Below are positions 60,394 through 64,000 of a stretch of DNA of 64,000 nt, one piece after another. Below the pieces are notes generated by a model. The model was not told the DNA's origin, searched no databases, and saw only the letters and a list, made by a program, of their open reading frames with translations. Within the stretch, counting starts at the first letter, position 1. Each line of letters begins with the position of its first letter. The position numbers and the translations under genes are program-made. Source of the DNA: Obrimoposthia wandeli (taxonomy: Eukaryota); the NCBI GenBank assembly GCA_977020255.1, contig CDROCS010001028.1:186001-250000 (forward strand), read 5' to 3'.

Positions 60394-61296
60394 CTACCTC
60401 GTTACAATCTCTCTTATTGGCGTGTGATCGCACATCGCAGCAAGCCAAATTTCATCAAGTTTCTGGTTGTCTGTTATGACCTTTTCCGCTAACTGTTTTA
60501 CAGTGGAATAAGAACACGCAAGGTCGACTTTATTTATTAACCAAATCTTGGTGGCATGTTTGGGTGCTTGCTTAAACATTCCTTGTGGATCTGCAATCAA
60601 ATGACTGAATACTCGATGATCCATATCATCACCTTCCGAGCATTGAGTCAGTGCAGAGAATATGTTCCATCGGTGAATTCTCTCGGGGCTTGCCCGAGTA
60701 TGAATAATCTCTGCACCTGTAACGCCAATGACCATATCTGAACTAAGAGGAATGCAAGGCTCATGCCCAGAAGGTGCCTTTATTGGCAAACACTTAGCAC
60801 CATCAGCTTCAATAATAAAAACTGTGAAAGGCGAGTCATTTTTTAGCTTATCGACCCACTCAGGCGTGATCCCTGCTACCTTTTTTTTATCCGTTGCTGA
60901 TGTCTCATTTATTATTTTTTGATAGCAGAAAGTGATAGAAGGCTCTGATTTTTTCGATTGAAGTCGTGATACTAGTAAAGGTGTTTCCATCACATTTTGA
61001 GGCGATTCGAGATCAGAAGATAAAGAGCGGTTTATAGGTTGACTATCAATTTGATTGTTTGATTTATCAGCACTTAAAACGACACTTTTATTAATCAAAT
61101 CGGCACTGCTAATAAAATAGTCAGCCTGATGCTTATCTGGTAAATACATTTTGGTGGTTGTACTAACGAATACATAATGCCCACGCTTTTTATATTCTTG
61201 CGCCAACCAAAATGCTGTTGATGTTTTACCGCCCCCCCCCACTAAAGCGATAACAAAAGGGGTCGAAGGCTCAGTAATAAGACTATTTGGGATCAT
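60394..61296 (-). CDS. yqeC: YqeC selenium-dependent hydroxylase accessory protein
   Basis: VGGGGKTS, STTTKM, EADGAK.LPIKAP..HEP, INKVD. Confidence 0.92.
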   Translation of the reverse strand: MIPNSLITEPSTPFVIALVGGGGKTSTAFWLAQEYKKRGHYVFVSTTTKMYLPDKHQADYFISSADLINKSVVLSADKSNNQIDSQPINRSLSSDLESPQNVMETPLLVSRLQSKKSEPSITFCYQKIINETSATDKKKVAGITPEWVDKLKNDSPFTVFIIEADGAKCLPIKAPSGHEPCIPLSSDMVIGVTGAEIIHTRASPERIHRWNIFSALTQCSEGDDMDHRVFSHLIADPQGMFKQAPKHATKIWLINKVDLACSYSTVKQLAEKVITDNQKLDEIWLAAMCDHTPIREIVTR

Positions 61297-61350
61297 AACA
61301 ACGCCTTTACTTCGATTAAGTGGTTATAGAATTTAAATTGCGAGCACTGA

Positions 61351-61938
61351 ATGACAATGAAACAGAAGCATCTTGATTGTGTAATGCCAGCCGCTGGATT
61401 ATCGTCACGAATGGGTGACTGGAAATTAATGCTACCTTACCGCCAGCATACAATCCTTGATGAAAGTATCGAAAACGCACTCCATTTTTGTTCACGTGTG
61501 ATCGTTGTGGCAGGTCATCGACACGAAGAGTTAGTGAAACATTTTTGTCGCCACGATAATGTATTGGTAGTGGTAAACCCTCATTATCAGCAAGGTATGT
61601 TCAGTTCCATTCAAGCAGGTATTGAACACGTAGAAAGTGAACATTTCTTTATTTGCCATGGTGACATGCCCTGTATTCCCGCAGAGATTTATCAGCAAGT
61701 ATGGGCACTTAAAGGGAGGTGTACCGTTTTCCCTGGCACGTTAAACAAACCGGGACACCCTGTTTTATTACCCAAAAACATGATTGATGTAATAAGAAAC
61801 GCACCGATTTCCAGCAAAATGAAACCCTTGATTATGGCGCATACGGTGAAGTATCTCGGCTTGAAGTGTGATGAAATATATTTAGATATTGATACACCAG
61901 ATGCGTATCAGTCGTTGTTAAAAGCACAAAAGTTCTAG
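61351..61938 (+). CDS. mocA: Molybdenum cofactor cytidylyltransferase
   Basis: AAGLSSRMG.WK, GMFSSI, GDMP, GHPV, DIDTP; divergent from yqeC. Confidence 0.9.
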   Translation: MTMKQKHLDCVMPAAGLSSRMGDWKLMLPYRQHTILDESIENALHFCSRVIVVAGHRHEELVKHFCRHDNVLVVVNPHYQQGMFSSIQAGIEHVESEHFFICHGDMPCIPAEIYQQVWALKGRCTVFPGTLNKPGHPVLLPKNMIDVIRNAPISSKMKPLIMAHTVKYLGLKCDEIYLDIDTPDAYQSLLKAQKF

Positions 61939-62048
61939 TCTCTAAAAACGGTATTGTCATTTCTATTTCATCTTCCATTTAAATTTATCAAAATGATAGC
62001 CATCTTTATTCAGCACTATCATTCTGATTTACTTCGTTTACCCCAAAC

Positions 62049-62092
62049 AAAAAAAGCCTGATAGTTAGACGTGAAATCTAACATCAGGCTTT
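62049..62092. terminator. Bidirectional terminator
   Basis: AAAGCCTGAT...ATCAGGCTTT between convergent genes. Confidence 0.75.
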
Positions 62093-62119
62093 ACTCACAA
62101 AAGCAGTTACTTCTTACAT

Positions 62120-64000
62120 CTAATCGTTATTTTCTAACTCAACATGCGGGGCAATAGACCCTTGTTGTCGACTTGCTAACTCCTCATAGAGTTGCCATTT
62201 ACGCTCTGCCACTTTCTGTGCGCGGGCTGTAATATCAGCCGCAGCTTCAGGGTGAGTTCTACGAAGAATCTGATAACGTGCTTCATTATAACGATACTCA
62301 GCCAGTGGAATACTTGGGCGTAATGTATCTAATGAAAATGGGTTTTCATCAACATCTCGTAAATCTGGGTTATAACGGAACAATGGCCAGTGGCCTGACT
62401 TCACCGCTAATTGCTGCTGATGTAATCCCTCTTCCATATTAATGCCATGCGCAATACAGTGACTGTAGGCAATAATAATTGAAGGACCGTGATACGCTTC
62501 TGCTTCTCGCATCGCTAACAACACCTGCTGCGGATCAGCACCTAAGGCAACTCGAGCAACATACACATTGTTGTAAGAAATAGCCTGCATCGCAACGTCT
62601 TTCTTGGTGGCTTGCTTACCTGCAGTGGCAAACTTCGCTACCGCGCCCAATGGGGTCGATTTCGACATTTGGCCGCCAGTATTTGAATACACTTCGGTAT
62701 CCATCACCAACACGTTAACATCAGCACCACTGGCTAATACATGGTCTAAGCCACTAGAGCCAATATCATATGCCCAACCATCACCACCCACTATCCAGAT
62801 AGAGCGGCGAATAAGCTGATCGGCGACCGATATTAAGTTTAAGGCTGATTCTGTATCCAGTGTTTTAAGCTGTGTTTTTAACTTATCAACCCGTTTAATT
62901 TGGCTCTGAATATCGCTTTCGGTTTGCTGCTCGGCATGCAGTAGTTCATCAACTAACTGTGGATCAAGAGATTCCTTATTTTCCACCAGCAATTGTTCTG
63001 CCATCTCGTGCTGCTTGACCGCCGCAAGTCGGAAGCCAAAACCAAATTCGGCATTATCTTCAAACAACGAGTTTGCCCATGCAGGGCCACGACCATCAGC
63101 ATTTTTCGACCATGGTGTGGTGGGTAAGTTACCCCCATAAATTGACGAACACCCTGTCGCATTGGCAATCATTAAGCGATCACCAAATAACTGAGACATC
63201 AATTTAAGGTAAGGGGTTTCACCACACCCTGAACAAGCCCCTGAAAATTCAAACAACGGCTGCAAGAACTGCGCGCCACGCACATTAGAGAAATCAATAC
63301 GAGACCGATCGTTATAAGCAATGGTTTCAAAGAAGTGAAGATTCTGCTTCTCTTGCTCCATATACGGCGCTTTAATTTCCATGTTTATTGCTTTGCGTTC
63401 TGGTTTCCCGTCACTCGCTTCTTCGATCACCATTGGGCAAGCATCGACACACAACGTACAGCCTGTGCAATCTTCGGCATACACCTGCAAGGTATAACGG
63501 GTATCTGGGAAACCACGGGCAGTAATACCTGCCGATTTGAACCCATCCGGAGCCTGTTCAAGAATAGATTTATCGTAGAACTTGGCACGAATCGCAGCAT
63601 GTGGGCAGACAATGCTACAGTTACCGCACTGAATACAATCTTGCGATTCCCAAACCGGTATTTTCTGGGCAATGTTACGTTTTTCCCACTGAGTGGTGCC
63701 CGACGGATAAGTGCCATCGACAGGAAGCATAGAAACAGGAATTAAATCCCCTTTTCCTGCCATCATTTGTGCTGTCACTTGTTGTACAAAGTCAGGTGCT
63801 AGCTCTGACACAACTGGTTTAGGCTGGCTAATTGCTGTTACTTTCTGCTGAACCTCTACTTGGTATAAATGCGCTAAAGTATGATCGACCGCCGCGAAGT
63901 TTTTCTGTACCACATCAGGCCCTTTACGGGCATAGGTTTTTTCGATCGCTTTTTTAATTTTCGCAATGGCGACGTCTTTATCTAACACACCAGATAACGC
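62120..64000 (-). CDS. nifJ: Pyruvate:ferredoxin/flavodoxin oxidoreductase, C-terminal part (5' end outside the window)
   Basis: CIQCGNCSIVCP, CTGCTLCVDACP, GACSGCGETPY, GGDGWAYDIG, YSNTGGQ. Confidence 0.95.
   Translation of the reverse strand, partial: ALSGVLDKDVAIAKIKKAIEKTYARKGPDVVQKNFAAVDHTLAHLYQVEVQQKVTAISQPKPVVSELAPDFVQQVTAQMMAGKGDLIPVSMLPVDGTYPSGTTQWEKRNIAQKIPVWESQDCIQCGNCSIVCPHAAIRAKFYDKSILEQAPDGFKSAGITARGFPDTRYTLQVYAEDCTGCTLCVDACPMVIEEASDGKPERKAINMEIKAPYMEQEKQNLHFFETIAYNDRSRIDFSNVRGAQFLQPLFEFSGACSGCGETPYLKLMSQLFGDRLMIANATGCSSIYGGNLPTTPWSKNADGRGPAWANSLFEDNAEFGFGFRLAAVKQHEMAEQLLVENKESLDPQLVDELLHAEQQTESDIQSQIKRVDKLKTQLKTLDTESALNLISVADQLIRRSIWIVGGDGWAYDIGSSGLDHVLASGADVNVLVMDTEVYSNTGGQMSKSTPLGAVAKFATAGKQATKKDVAMQAISYNNVYVARVALGADPQQVLLAMREAEAYHGPSIIIAYSHCIAHGINMEEGLHQQQLAVKSGHWPLFRYNPDLRDVDENPFSLDTLRPSIPLAEYRYNEARYQILRRTHPEAAADITARAQKVAERKWQLYEELASRQQGSIAPHVELENND

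Noticed and set aside
61232-61240. G9 homopolymer in yqeC as a phase-variation tract
   Set aside because: It encodes the conserved GGGGKT P-loop and is in frame; no evidence of switching
1360-63745. Numerous 60-170-aa ORFs antisense or out of frame to assigned genes
   Set aside because: Shadow ORFs of well-supported CDSs with no motifs or RBS support

Overview
A gammaproteobacterial chromosomal window, most likely Vibrionaceae or Photobacterium-like (inferred from gene style only). It is a mosaic of anaerobic and host-nutrient catabolic modules separated by IS scars and repeats. Modules in order: (1) an ABC-F gene with a probable attenuator leader; (2) a sigma54-type ygfK-ssnA operon with a three-subunit Mo-hydroxylase, whose yqeB-yqeC-mocA maturation genes and PFOR lie at the far end of the window; (3) a 1386-aa acidic orphan protein; (4) an IS-scar-flanked chemoreceptor; (5) a non-canonical nanA/TRAP/nanR operon lacking nanE/nagA but carrying a Mak-like kinase, a dehydratase, a dehydrogenase and a second aldolase; (6) aphA plus an 18-gene ethanolamine microcompartment locus with PduS/PduT and no EutR/EutK, bracketed by a 46-bp direct repeat; (7) a Man-family PTS/isomerase cluster bracketed by two ~92%-identical copies of a lysR 3' end. 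No rRNA, tRNA or CRISPR array was seen. The best candidates for undescribed biology are the nan-like pathway, the hybrid EUT microcompartment, the lysR-bracketed sugar island and the giant orphan protein. All family assignments are by motif recognition; no database searches were run.
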